Source: an uncultured Spirochaetota bacterium
Lineage (GTDB): Bacteria; Spirochaetota; Spirochaetia; SZUA-6; Fen-1364
Assembly: GCA_963845535.1 (NCBI GenBank)
Contig: CAWJSK010000015.1
Span: 288,001 to 352,000 of the forward strand
Length of the DNA: 64,000 nt
Direction of reading: 5' to 3'
A model generated the notes under the pieces. It made no database searches. It was not told where the DNA came from and saw only the letters and a program-made list of their open reading frames with translations. Within the stretch, counting starts at the first letter, position 1; each line of letters opens with the position of its first letter. This document shows, in pieces, positions 40,105 through 50,532 of this stretch. The translations under genes were made by a program, and so were the position numbers.

Positions 40105-41199
40105 TGTTTCCTCCCGGTCTTGATAACCGAAAATGTGATAACCGCTGTGCAACGAAAATCCCGATCGTGACCACCCCATGCCCGTTTTTTCACGGTATGA
40201 TGTCGAAAAAATCGCTTGGCCCGCCGGCTGCTTTTTGTGAGAGTGCGACAGCATTGCGCCCGCAACGTCTTTATTCGGCGATCGACTCTGGAGTATATCC
40301 TCGAGGACCTGATCCCTCTATAAACGCAATCTGAAAAGTTCGTAACAAACTGTTATGGACACAAGGTTTTCCTGATGCGGAGACACGCATACTCTCCACC
40401 ACTCGTCACAGGGGTTCGCGAAATGAGCAATCACTCTATATTAAAATCATTTTGGAGCAAAACTACCGCTGTGTCAATCGCACAAACGTTTGCAAGTCGA
40501 ATTTTTTTGATAAGCGGATGTCATAGCGCACGCCTCGATCGCATTCGTGAGCCTTGGGCACGTTCAAAGAGCTGCGGTTTGCTTTTGGTGGAATAGGTTG
40601 GGCGGAGCGAAAAGGCGGAGGCCCTCATCAAGATCTGGGCTCCGGTACGGCGCATAGAAGCTGTATTCATTCCTGCGTACCTTGCGTGTTAGCAGGCAGG
40701 AATAGAGAGAAGAACAGTGATCGAGCTCAGCGTTTCTGCCAGTGTTTGCATGTCCTCAGGCTTGGCAGTTGGTCTACAAGATCTCGATAGAGGCAATGCT
40801 CCTCGTAGGTGTGTTTCCAATGGCAGGATTCGCACGTCTCATCTTTGAGAAGGAGAATTGCGGCTTTATCAAGCGTGTCTTTCATAGAGAACACTATACG
40901 CTGAAGGTCTTGTGCGATCCAGGTCACAGTCGGTACAGCGGCGCGCTTCGGGCAAGTACATGGGAGATTTCTCCTACGGCGGCTTTGCTTCTGAAGTATC
41001 GGTGAAAGTCGCCGGCTACCAGATCAAGGAAATCACAGTAGCCAATAATCAGACAACCAGGCATACGAAAATGGACTTCTTGTCGCCGTCCCATCACCGC
41101 TGGCAAAATGGCCCGTCCTGGGTGGCTCCCTCAACAAGGTAGTAGAGTCTGTTCTCTTCATCTTTCGCCAGCAGCAGACCCCTGAATCTCAAAGCTCTC

Positions 41200-41615
41200 A
41201 TGGATGGCTGCTCGGATGGCACCCCGATGGGTGCACGCGATGCGGCGGTGATCGCGCTGGGCTATGGCGCGGGCCTTCGCCGAACGGAGATTGCAGGCCT
41301 TGCCTCGAGGATGCGCGCACCGAGGGGGCAGGCCTCGTGGTGCGCGTCGTGGGCAAGGGAGCCAAGGAGCGCCTGGTGTATCTGGACAACGGCGCCGCCG
41401 AAGCGATCGCTGACTACATCGCCTCGCGCGGCGCGGCGCCAGGGGCGTTTCTGTGGTGTGCCCGCAAGGGCGGAAAGCTCAACGCCGGCGTGTCAATGAT
41501 CTTCTGGACGCCGGCGTGGATATCGCTACCGTGCTGCGATGGCGGGCCACTCGCGGGTGACCACCACGCAACGATACGACAGGCGCGGTGAAGAGGCAAA
41601 AAGAAAAGCTGCAGG
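41200..41615 (+). pseudogene. Decayed tyrosine recombinase fragments
   Basis: RDAAVIALGYGAGLRRTE, GKGAKER, AGHSRVTTTQRYDRR in different frames with internal deletion. Confidence 0.8.
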
Positions 41616-41659
41616 ACGTTGCAGGTGCCCTGCTCACGGAGTCACTAGTTCTTCGACCG

Positions 41660-42058
41660 GCTGTACCGCAACGTTGGTACTCGTTGTCACGTTTGGAAGG
41701 CGAGCCGGGCTTGGCCGGAATCGGGAGGCGCACATCGCGATGCAGCGATACCGGCTTCTCGTCCAGGCATACGACGCGTTCAGAGGCGCTATGGGGCTTT
41801 TCGTACAGCGCCAGCACGTCCTCCATCGTGCGGATGTACTGCGGGGTCAACTCTGCCACGCACCACATCTTTTTCCCGCCAAGACTATCCGGGTGCTCTT
41901 GGAAAGCCACGACTTGAAGCCGTCACCCGAGGAACGAGGTTGCGTCTGACAGCCTCTTGCGCCACCAAACGTACCGTCCAGCAAGCACGGCCTTGCGGCG
42001 GCTGACTGCATACCATGGCAACGATGCGTTGCTTATGGGATGCATCCAGAATCTGACT
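41660..42058 (-). mobile_element. IS630-family transposase remnant
   Basis: CSQPPQGRACWTVRL, KKMWC, MEDVLALY, VVCLDEKP, DNEYQRCGT. Confidence 0.85.
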
Positions 42059-43818
42059 GACTCCCGTGTTCGCAAGGAAGAATCTCTTAAGGCAAACGGC
42101 CTTAATGGTGTTTTCAGGGGCTTTCGCGTTCTTGGTATCGAGCCATTGGCGTAGTTGGTAATTTTCATTGTGGCAATGACTTAGGGCGACACCGATTTTT
42201 CGATTACCCCGAAGAATGTTGAGTTTTTGCAGGATTGACCAGCAAAGTGCCAATTTCCCTGGGAATTGACCCCATTTTCGAAAAAAGAGGCCCCTCGCAG
42301 TCGCTTCCGTGCTACGATGAAGTGTCAAACAAACACCGTGCACAAGACTAGGAGGGGCACGATGGCAACTATATCACAGAAACAGCTTTTTCGGTGGGAT
42401 CAGATCGAGGCGCTGGGCGACCTGAGGCGATTGAAGTTGGTCCTGGACAATCTCCCTGACGAAGCGCTCATGAAAAAGCTCGAACAGCAACGGGATCGGG
42501 GCCGCGACGATTTTCCCATCCGAGCGATGTGGAACGCGTTGGTGGCCGGGGTGGTCTTTCAGCATCCCAGCGTCGAGGCGTTGCTGCGGGAGCTGAGACG
42601 CAACGCGCAGTTACGCCAACTGTGCGGCTTCGCTCTGGCCAAAGGGATAGAGGCCGTGCCCACCTCTTGGGCGTTCTCACGGTTTCTGGGGCAGGTGATA
42701 GCGCATCGGGCTGTGATCCGCGGGATGTTCGACACGTTGGTCGAGGGAGTGGCGCAGCTGCTGCCTGATTACGGGGAGAGTCTCGCGGTGGACGGCAAGG
42801 CGTTAGCCAGTTATGCGCGGGGCAAATCTGAACAGCCCGTTGATGAGAAACATCCCGATCGCCGCCGTGACAACGATGGCGAGTGGGAAGTCCATGAGTA
42901 CAGTGGCACGCACGAGGATGGCACGAAGTGGCAGACGGTGAAGAAATGGTTTGGCTACGCGATACACCTGGTGGTGGACAGCCACTACGAATTACCGGTG
43001 AGCTTCGCGGTAACACGGGCCAACGCAAGTGAGGTGGTGGAGGCTCACGGATTGTTAGAGCGGCTAGAAAAACAGCATCCCCAGATCGTTGAGCGCTGCG
43101 GGGAGTTGGCAGCCGACCGAGCGTACGACGACGGCAAACTGATCCGCAAGGTGTGGGACGACTGGCAGGCACTTCCGATCATCGATATCCGCAATCTCTG
43201 GCGCGATGGGGAAACCAGCAAGCTAGTCAGTGGATTGGAAAATGTCGTCTATGACTACTGCGGGACGGTGAGCTGCGTGTGTTTGAAAAGCGGCCGCCAG
43301 CGCGAGATGGCCTACGGGGGCTTTGAGCGCGATCGCATGACGCTGAAGTACCGCTGTCCAGCTCGGCACTATGGCTACGCCTGCGAGGGTCAGGATAGTT
43401 GTCCGGTGGGCAAGGCAGTGCGAATACCCCTTGAGACCGATCGGCGCGTGTTCACTCCGCTTGCCCGCAGCAGCTTGAAGTGGGAACGCTGCTACGACAA
43501 GCGCACTGCCGTCGAGCGGGTCAACAGCCGTTTGGACACGAGCTTCGGCTTCGAGAAGCATACCATCCGAGGGCTGACGAAAATGGATACCCGTTGCTGC
43601 TTGGCGCTTGTCGTGATGCTGGCGATGGCTGTGGGGCGAATCAAGGCTAACCAAGCGGAGAAGATGCGAAGCCTCGTGCAGGCCGCCTGAGCGGCGCCAC
43701 ACAATCGGCGAAGAGTAGATGACCGGGGGGCGGTCTGTCCATCAGACCGCGCACGGCTCCGTGATCGCTGAAAACAGAGCCAATCCAGGCTCCCTCAAGG
43801 CCTTACGCAGACGGACTC
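42059..43818 (+). mobile_element. IS5/IS1182-like insertion sequence (ends tentative)
   Basis: Imperfect IRs GACTCCCGTGTTCGCAAGG / CCTTACGCAGACGGACTC; left end coincides with the IS630 truncation; no TSD seen. Confidence 0.5.
42362..43690 (+). CDS. DDE transposase (InsH-N/DUF772 plus DDE_Tnp_1)
   Basis: AGGAGG RBS, AVDGK, WFGYAIH, ADRAYD, Y.KRTAVERVNSRL. Confidence 0.93.
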   Translation: MATISQKQLFRWDQIEALGDLRRLKLVLDNLPDEALMKKLEQQRDRGRDDFPIRAMWNALVAGVVFQHPSVEALLRELRRNAQLRQLCGFALAKGIEAVPTSWAFSRFLGQVIAHRAVIRGMFDTLVEGVAQLLPDYGESLAVDGKALASYARGKSEQPVDEKHPDRRRDNDGEWEVHEYSGTHEDGTKWQTVKKWFGYAIHLVVDSHYELPVSFAVTRANASEVVEAHGLLERLEKQHPQIVERCGELAADRAYDDGKLIRKVWDDWQALPIIDIRNLWRDGETSKLVSGLENVVYDYCGTVSCVCLKSGRQREMAYGGFERDRMTLKYRCPARHYGYACEGQDSCPVGKAVRIPLETDRRVFTPLARSSLKWERCYDKRTAVERVNSRLDTSFGFEKHTIRGLTKMDTRCCLALVVMLAMAVGRIKANQAEKMRSLVQAA

Positions 43819-44054
43819 GCCTCTTGCCTGACTGCACAATCGGCGGCGCTTGCTTGGCCGCCGGCCATCACTGACACCGCGCTCAGGCGGAATGGGCCAC
43901 AGCGCAAAAGCCTCGTTCGTATCTGCCTTGTATTCAAGACCGCAAGAGCGCATAATAAATTGGCTTGAAATGTCTTTGTGAAGGGCGTGGAGGCATGTAT
44001 GGGTCTTGAAAGCTCGGATTTCATAGCGCCTCTTGCTCCAAGCTACTCTATCGA

Positions 44055-44405
44055 AAAGGGACTGCCGGCCCTGCGAAGCTTTCGCTTTGAGATTGATGAG
44101 TACGAAGATGGGTATAGTAAGCTGCATTCGTTTCTGATCACTGAGTCCAACATGCCCGAGGCCGGAATGCTGGTTTGTCAACATGCTCTCTGCCATGGCT
44201 ATGGAGTTTCGCTAGAAAGCATCGTCACCGACATGTTGAAAGACAAGGTCAGAAACAGGGCTCTATCGAAAAAGTGCGGAGGGAAACTGACTTCTCCGAA
44301 AGGCCGAAGAGCACACGGGTTATGCAACCGATCGTTTGAGATCAAGGTTCATCTCGATCTCAAAACAAAATCCAGCTTTCCCGGTTGACCTATCGCTTCC
44401 TGCTT
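44055..44405 (+). repeat. 351-bp direct repeat, copy 1 (3' part of a Cys-rich hypothetical gene)
   Basis: Six mismatches versus 55185-55535 by eye; encodes ...CQHALCHG...CGGKLTSPKGRRAHGLC... Confidence 0.95.
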
Positions 44406-44910
44406 ATGGTTCCCCAAGGAGGACGATCATCTTCGCTCTCCCGCCGACCAGTGCCTGGGAACTCGCCACCGGACCCGCTGGGCAAGTAGCCCTCATACAA
44501 GGCAACGCGGTCATTACCAATTTAACGAGGGAAAGCTTACGCACCAAGGACTACGTCCTTCACGTGAGCACCGAGCACCCTGTCTTTGAAATTTGGATCC
44601 AGAACCCTCATGTCACGGGTTTGTACGCACGTTCGGTAAATGTGACCGACCTTACAATTCTTGATACAGAGGCTCTCACGACGATTCGTCGTTTCCTTCT
44701 GCGCGACGCGCATCGCAGAATGAATGCTCGATTCCCGGCTTAAAGGGCCCCAAAAAACGCCTTTTGTCATGGCGGTCATACCGAGGGTAAGTCGATTGCT
44801 CGCAAGCGCGGTTAGTACGGGGGCGGTCGTGGACAAAATCGGTGTATTCACCCAAAGTGAATCTTTGTATAGCTTAGTAGGCGTACGACGGAGGAGGGAG
44901 TACCCTAGTC

Positions 44911-45585
44911 ATGAGGGTCGCTCTGGTAGAAGATGACGAAAAAATCGCAGCTCTCATCGTAAAGGGGCTGCGGCAAGCAGGCTTTGCCGTTGACCACGCC
45001 GTAGATGGTGAAGACGGGCTTCGGCTCGCGATCTCCGAACCCTATGACGCCTGCATCGTCGATATCATGCTACCCAAACTTGACGGCTTGAGTCTCATAG
45101 CTGAGATGAGACGCCAAAAGGTAAGTACGCCAGTGATAATTCTGAGCGCGAAGCGTTCCGTCGATGAGCGGATTGAAGGACTTCAGAAAGGAGGCGACGA
45201 TTACCTTGTAAAGCCGTTCTCTTTTTCTGAGCTTCTCGCACGCGTGCAGGCGCTAATCCGTCGAAGCGGCCCCTCCCTCCTGCCGAGCCGCCTGGTGCTG
45301 GCAGATCTTCAGCTCGATCTCCTGACAAGGGAAGTTTTCCGAGGGAATCAAAAGATCGATTTGCAGCCGCGCGAGTTTGCCTTGCTGGAGTATCTGATGC
45401 GCAACTCAGGCAGGGTGGTTTCGAAAGCCATGGTCATGGAGCATGTCTGGAACTACGACTTCGACCCCCAGACAAACGTGGTCGATGTTCTTGTCTTCAG
45501 GCTGCGCAGCAAGATAGATCGTGATTTCGAAGCCAAGCTTGTCCATACCATCAGAGGCGTCGGTTATGTTCTGAAATCTGATTAG
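44911..45585 (+). CDS. OmpR-family response regulator (CusR/CopR-like)
   Basis: VEDD, DIMLP, DDYLVKPF, TNVVDV...LRSKID, HTIRGVGY. Confidence 0.95.
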   Translation: MRVALVEDDEKIAALIVKGLRQAGFAVDHAVDGEDGLRLAISEPYDACIVDIMLPKLDGLSLIAEMRRQKVSTPVIILSAKRSVDERIEGLQKGGDDYLVKPFSFSELLARVQALIRRSGPSLLPSRLVLADLQLDLLTREVFRGNQKIDLQPREFALLEYLMRNSGRVVSKAMVMEHVWNYDFDPQTNVVDVLVFRLRSKIDRDFEAKLVHTIRGVGYVLKSD

Positions 45586-45637
45586 CGCTTTGGAGCGACT
45601 TTGGAGACGCCGCCGGTCTTCAATTGTCGGGGAGAGT

Positions 45638-46963
45638 ATGAGTCATTTGCATGAGAAGTCAATAACTTGGATCGGCCTCGGTGTTGGATTCGTGATCATT
45701 CTGCTCATAGCAGTCGCAAGCTATTACAATGAGCTACGTTACACCCAAACCAGCGATTGGCAAATCCACACGTACGATGTCATCCAGCGACTCCAGGTGA
45801 CATTCTCGATTCTGCAGGACGCGGAGACGGGGCAGCGCGGGTATGTTCTGACGGGCCAGACCAGCTACCTGCAGCCGTTCTATGAAGCTGTCGAGAAAAC
45901 ACGCAATGAAATCGCGGGTTTGTCCGAGTTGACATCCGACAATCCAAGCCAGCAAAAGCGGCTCGCCGAGATCCAGGCTCTTGTGGAAAAGAAGTTCGAC
46001 GAACTGCAGGAGACAATTTCGCTTCGCAAAGAGATGGGGCTGGAGGCTGCCCTTCAGATCGTCCGTACAGGCGAAGGAAAAGCTCTCATGGATTCTATCC
46101 GTCAGGTCATGGCCCAAATGCAAGGGGAGGAAGAAAGCCTCCTGAAGCAGCGTGAGAGGAGCTTGCAAGTCGAGGTCACCAATCGGCGAATAGGCATGAT
46201 TCTTGGCGGTATTGTTGCATTGTCGTTTTTCCTCCTCAGTGCCTTTCTCGCCCACAAGAACATGGTCCGAAAGCAGATTGAAGGCTTGAACAGACGAATG
46301 AAGGAATCCCTTGATAACGTCGCCCATGATCTAAGGACACCCCTTACGAGATTGAGAGGCAGGGCGGAACTGGCCTTACAAGGGCCCAATGATCCGCTGG
46401 TCTACCAAGAGGCCCTGTCGGATTGTCTGGAGGAATCGGAACAATTGATTCGGATGTTGAATACCTTCTTGGACATAGCCGAGGCCGAGACTGGGGCCAT
46501 GAGGCTGGCATCTGATCGGATCGACGTCTCTCGTCTCGTTTCAGACGTTCTGGAAGTGTATTCCTACCTTGCAAACAACAAGCATATCGACGTGAGTTTC
46601 GCGTGCCCGCAGAGTCTCTATCTTACGGCGGATCTCAGCAGAGTCCGACAGGCAATCGCCAACCTCGTTGATAACGCAATCAAGTACACGGGGGAAGGCG
46701 GAAGAGTTGAGGTGAATGTTCAACGAAAGGATGAAAATGTTGTAGTCGCCGTTAAGGACAATGGAATTGGCATCCCCATCGAAGAGATCCCCAGAATATG
46801 GGACCGTCTCTATCGTGGAGAAAAAAGCAGATCGCAGCGTGGACTGGGTCTGGGGCTCAGCTTCGTGAAGGCTGTTGTGCTCGCCCACAAGGGGGAGATC
46901 ACGGTGTCGAGCGAAGCGGGGCACGGTTCCACATTTCTCATCTCTCTGCCACAAGACATTTGA
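45638..46963 (+). CDS. Sensor histidine kinase, CHASE3-HisKA-HATPase
   Basis: DAETGQRGYVLTG (CHASE3), AHDLRTPL, NLVDNAIKY, DNGIG, GLGLGL. Confidence 0.93.
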   Translation: MSHLHEKSITWIGLGVGFVIILLIAVASYYNELRYTQTSDWQIHTYDVIQRLQVTFSILQDAETGQRGYVLTGQTSYLQPFYEAVEKTRNEIAGLSELTSDNPSQQKRLAEIQALVEKKFDELQETISLRKEMGLEAALQIVRTGEGKALMDSIRQVMAQMQGEEESLLKQRERSLQVEVTNRRIGMILGGIVALSFFLLSAFLAHKNMVRKQIEGLNRRMKESLDNVAHDLRTPLTRLRGRAELALQGPNDPLVYQEALSDCLEESEQLIRMLNTFLDIAEAETGAMRLASDRIDVSRLVSDVLEVYSYLANNKHIDVSFACPQSLYLTADLSRVRQAIANLVDNAIKYTGEGGRVEVNVQRKDENVVVAVKDNGIGIPIEEIPRIWDRLYRGEKSRSQRGLGLGLSFVKAVVLAHKGEITVSSEAGHGSTFLISLPQDI

Positions 46964-47006
46964 CCCTTTGGCCTGTTGCCAACAACGCGCTGTCGGATTT
47001 CTAAAC

Positions 47007-47022
47007 CTTTCCAAATTGTAAT
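47007..47022 (+). promoter_or_regulatory. Candidate CusR/CopR-type box
   Basis: CTTTCCAAATTGTAAT with further TAAT/AAAT half sites downstream, between the kinase and exported-protein genes. Confidence 0.35.
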
Positions 47023-47109
47023 TCTCCGGAAATGTCCGGGTAATCCTCCCTGGCTACCGTGTAGGCATCAACCGTAGAGGTTGTGACTACAAGATTGAGG
47101 AGGAACAGA

Positions 47110-47652
47110 ATGAAACGCGGCATGGGTGCACTCTTGGCGACCATTTGTTTGGCCATGGAGATGACACTCCTCTCATCGCCAGCGTTTGCTCAAGAAGGAG
47201 GACCTGGCATGGGAAGACCGGATTTCAATATGGTCCCGGCGATCACAGCCGACCAGGCTGTGAACATCGTGAAAGCTTCCCTTCCCAAGGTTAAGGCTGG
47301 CAAGTTCTGGGTGTGGACAGCCCCGAGAGGTGACACCAAGGCCAAAGTGGCGCTGACCTTAGAAGGAAGGATCGTGTCACACGTGGAATTGAACCCGGCT
47401 ACCAGCGACATCTTGGCAAGCGGACAGAATGTATTCGACAACCAAGTTTCTCCGGACCAAAACCGGGCAATAAGCAAAGTACGGGAGATTTTACCAAGCC
47501 TGCAAGTCGCCGCTGCAAGAATGGCTCCCGAGGGCGAATGGAAGGTTGAATTGGCGCTCAACAACGCCGTGGTCGCGGAAATCGATGTCAACGGTCGTGA
47601 CGGCTCAATCCTCACGGACTGGGGAGCAAGTAGAGAAGCGACTCTATTCTAA
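47110..47652 (+). CDS. Exported protein with two PepSY-like repeats
   Basis: Signal peptide (AFA-Q); ITADQAVNIV...VELNPATSDIL and EIDVNGRDGSIL. Confidence 0.7.
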   Translation: MKRGMGALLATICLAMEMTLLSSPAFAQEGGPGMGRPDFNMVPAITADQAVNIVKASLPKVKAGKFWVWTAPRGDTKAKVALTLEGRIVSHVELNPATSDILASGQNVFDNQVSPDQNRAISKVREILPSLQVAAARMAPEGEWKVELALNNAVVAEIDVNGRDGSILTDWGASREATLF

Positions 47653-47730
47653 GGTCCGTTGTAATCGGAGGCGCACAGTTGGCCACCTCCGCCAAGAGGT
47701 TCAACGAATCCAGGAAAAAGGGGCCCAGAC

Positions 47731-48295
47731 ATGAGTTTCACGATTCTGGCAAGCACGGCGTGGAAGGCTCTTCATAGGAAGCCAAGCCGATCGCTTCTTA
47801 CCATGCTCGGGGTTATCATAGGCGTCTTCGCGGTTATCTCTTCGATGGCAATCGGGGCCGGAGCCCGGGCAGCCGTTCTTAGACAAATTGAAAGCCTCGG
47901 AAGCAATCGCGTCACAATTACGCCGGGAAGCGTCACCAGCGGCGGAGTTCGCCACGGAGCCGGTTCTCGGATCACCCTGAGAGTTGATGACGCCGCGGCC
48001 ATCGCTACCGATGTGCCGGAGATCGCCGCTGTCGCGCCCTACTCCGAGATGCCCTTCCAGGTGGTGGCCGGCGTTGCCAACTGGTACACCATGATCGGCG
48101 GAACGAGACCTGCATGGCTCCTTGTGGGGAATTGGAGTATGGCCGAAGGAACTTTCATCACAGACGAGGATGTGACAGGCGTCGCGAAAGCCGCGGTGCT
48201 TGGCATCCGCCGGGGTCACAGGCGTCGTCTTTGGATTCTATCCGGCTCAGCGCGCTTCAGCCCTCGATCCGACCGACGCGCTCCGCTACGAATAG
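47731..48295 (+). pseudogene. MacB/FtsX-type ABC permease with large internal deletion
   Basis: RSLLTMLGVIIGV N-terminus joined out of frame to the C-terminal GVVFGFYPAQRASALDPTDALRYE*. Confidence 0.85.
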
Positions 48296-48417
48296 AAGGC
48301 AAGCGATGACTTCCCTGTATCGATCTGACGTGACGGAGTCTGAGCTCGATTGCCCGTCTGACTCTTCCTGCTCGGTTGCCGAGAGCTCGGTGGCGGCTCA
48401 CAAGGTGATCAGTCTCC

Positions 48418-49689
48418 ATGCTTAAGATGATTCTTGGCGGAATCATTTTCATCGCCACGCTTATCGTCATCATGGTCAGGCCATATCGGGTGAACGAGGC
48501 TCTGGCGGCAGCGGGCGGCGCCATCTTGATGCTCATCGGTGGGTTCGTTGGCTTTCGCGAAGCAGCCACGATGCTCATAGGTCAGTGGAACACCCTCGGA
48601 TTCTTTCTCGGCTTGATGGTCATTTCCGCCGTTGCCGAGGACGCGGGTGTTTTCGAGGCGCTTGCCTACCAGGCGACTCGATGGGGTAAGGGAAACGCTG
48701 CTCGGCTGTATGTGGCGATCTTTCTGGTTGGGACGATCATCAGCGCCTTTCTTTCAAACGACGCAACCGCCTTGATCCTTACACCTGTTGTCTATGCGCT
48801 CGTGACACGACTCCGGCTGCCCGTTCTCCCTTTCATGTTCGCCTGCACGTTCATCGCGGACACCGCATCGTTCGTGCTGCCCGTAAGCAATCCCATCAAC
48901 ATCCTGATTCTTCATTCCTATGGAGGAGGGCTCGCGATCTTCCTCCGCTACCTTGCGGTTCCCAGCCTTTCCGCCATCACGCTGAATTGCCTGTTGTTTC
49001 TTTTGCTTTTCCGCCGCGATCTTACCCAAGATTACATCGTGCCAGAAAAGCCCCGACTTCGACCTGCCGACTCCATGTACTTGATAGTCGCATCCTGCAC
49101 GCTCGCCCTCATCGCCGCATCATATCTTGCGGCTTCCTCAACGGGCGTGCCGCTTTCGTTCGTAGCTCTTGGAGGCGCGGCTCTCATGGTTGCATCTTCA
49201 CTGCTATTGGGGCGTCTGCACCCACGTGCCTTGGTAAGGAAAATCTCCTGGCTGCTTTTCATCTTCATCGGTGGAATGTTTGTCATTATTCGCGCGGTGG
49301 AGAATCTCGGTTTCACTGCCCTGTTTGGTCGTTGGCTTCTTGGCCTTGCGGCTGGCCATTCCCTGGCCGCCATTCTCCTGGTGGCAGGTGGGACCGCGCT
49401 TGGCGCCAATCTTATCAACAACGTACCAATGGCGCTTGTTATGATTTCCGCGCTGCACGGTCTCCCGCACGGTACTCCTGGATACGAGTCGTTGGCCTAC
49501 GCCGCCATGTTCGGGGCTGACCTTGGTCCTAACTTGACGACAATTGGCTCGCTTGCGACAATACTTTGGCTTCTGATCCTTCGGCGCAAGGGATTGGAAG
49601 TTTCAACGTTGGAGTATTTCAAGCTGGGAGTCACGTTCGTCCCCGCTCTGATTGTGATAGGCTCTCTGCTGATATGGGCCCGATTGTAA
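48418..49689 (+). CDS. ArsB/NhaD (ion transporter superfamily) membrane protein
   Basis: LSNDATALILTP, DTASFVLPVSNPIN, NLINNVP, GADLGPNLTTIGSLAT. Confidence 0.9.
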   Translation: MLKMILGGIIFIATLIVIMVRPYRVNEALAAAGGAILMLIGGFVGFREAATMLIGQWNTLGFFLGLMVISAVAEDAGVFEALAYQATRWGKGNAARLYVAIFLVGTIISAFLSNDATALILTPVVYALVTRLRLPVLPFMFACTFIADTASFVLPVSNPINILILHSYGGGLAIFLRYLAVPSLSAITLNCLLFLLLFRRDLTQDYIVPEKPRLRPADSMYLIVASCTLALIAASYLAASSTGVPLSFVALGGAALMVASSLLLGRLHPRALVRKISWLLFIFIGGMFVIIRAVENLGFTALFGRWLLGLAAGHSLAAILLVAGGTALGANLINNVPMALVMISALHGLPHGTPGYESLAYAAMFGADLGPNLTTIGSLATILWLLILRRKGLEVSTLEYFKLGVTFVPALIVIGSLLIWARL

Positions 49690-49721
49690 ATCTTTAGGGG
49701 CTGCGAATCGGAGGTGGCTGA

Positions 49722-50186
49722 ATGCGTGTCCTGTGCGCAATAGGAATACGACGGGGTGCGGAGCTGGTAAAGCGCGTCAGCGGTATCCTGCGACCAGGCG
49801 ATGACCTTGTTCTTGTGCATGTCCTGGACACCGGACCTCGCCATGACCTGAACCACCTTGAAGGTACCCTACGTCCTCATCATTTGCAGCAGGAGGAACT
49901 CGACACCGCGGAGCATGAGACGGGTAGTGAAGCTCTAAAGGAGGCAAGCGAGGAGGCGAGCCGAGCTGGAATGCACTTCACAACAAGACTGGTGCGAGGA
50001 AGGCCGGAACACGTCATTGTCTCCTTGGCGGAGGAAATCGAAGTAAACATGGTCGCACTCTTTGCTCGCGAGCGACCTCGCGGCCATCCCGTGCAAGGAC
50101 CTCCTTCAGTCGGTCACACTGCGCGCTTCATTATTGATCATGCGCCAGTTGATGTGGTGGTTTTCCGCGAGAGGCTGGAAGGTTAG
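49722..50186 (+). CDS. Universal stress protein
   Basis: LVLVHV, GRPEHVIV, SVGHTARFIIDHAPVDVVV. Confidence 0.85.
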   Translation: MRVLCAIGIRRGAELVKRVSGILRPGDDLVLVHVLDTGPRHDLNHLEGTLRPHHLQQEELDTAEHETGSEALKEASEEASRAGMHFTTRLVRGRPEHVIVSLAEEIEVNMVALFARERPRGHPVQGPPSVGHTARFIIDHAPVDVVVFRERLEG

Positions 50187-50532
50187 CGCGATTTCAAGGA
50201 TATGCCGAAAATCCTTTATACCAGCGCGAGGCACCCAGTCTTGGAATCGGGATCCAGGACGCCTATTTCACAGGTGTCTGTACCCTCTTCCCCGCTTCTT
50301 CAATCTCGAACACAGTACTGCAATCGGGGCAACGTACCTGTCACGCGCTGGCACCTTCCACAACCAGGGGACGCGACCCTCTTAGAAGTCAGAAATGGCC
50401 CTCTATGCGCCACGAATGCCGAGAAGATCGTCTCAGCGCCGAAAAACCGAGGGCTGATCGAAACCACCGTGGTGAAAGGGGACTCAGGGCTCGGAGGACA
50501 TCGCTGGGCACCTTTGAGGCGCTTTTCCTGCC

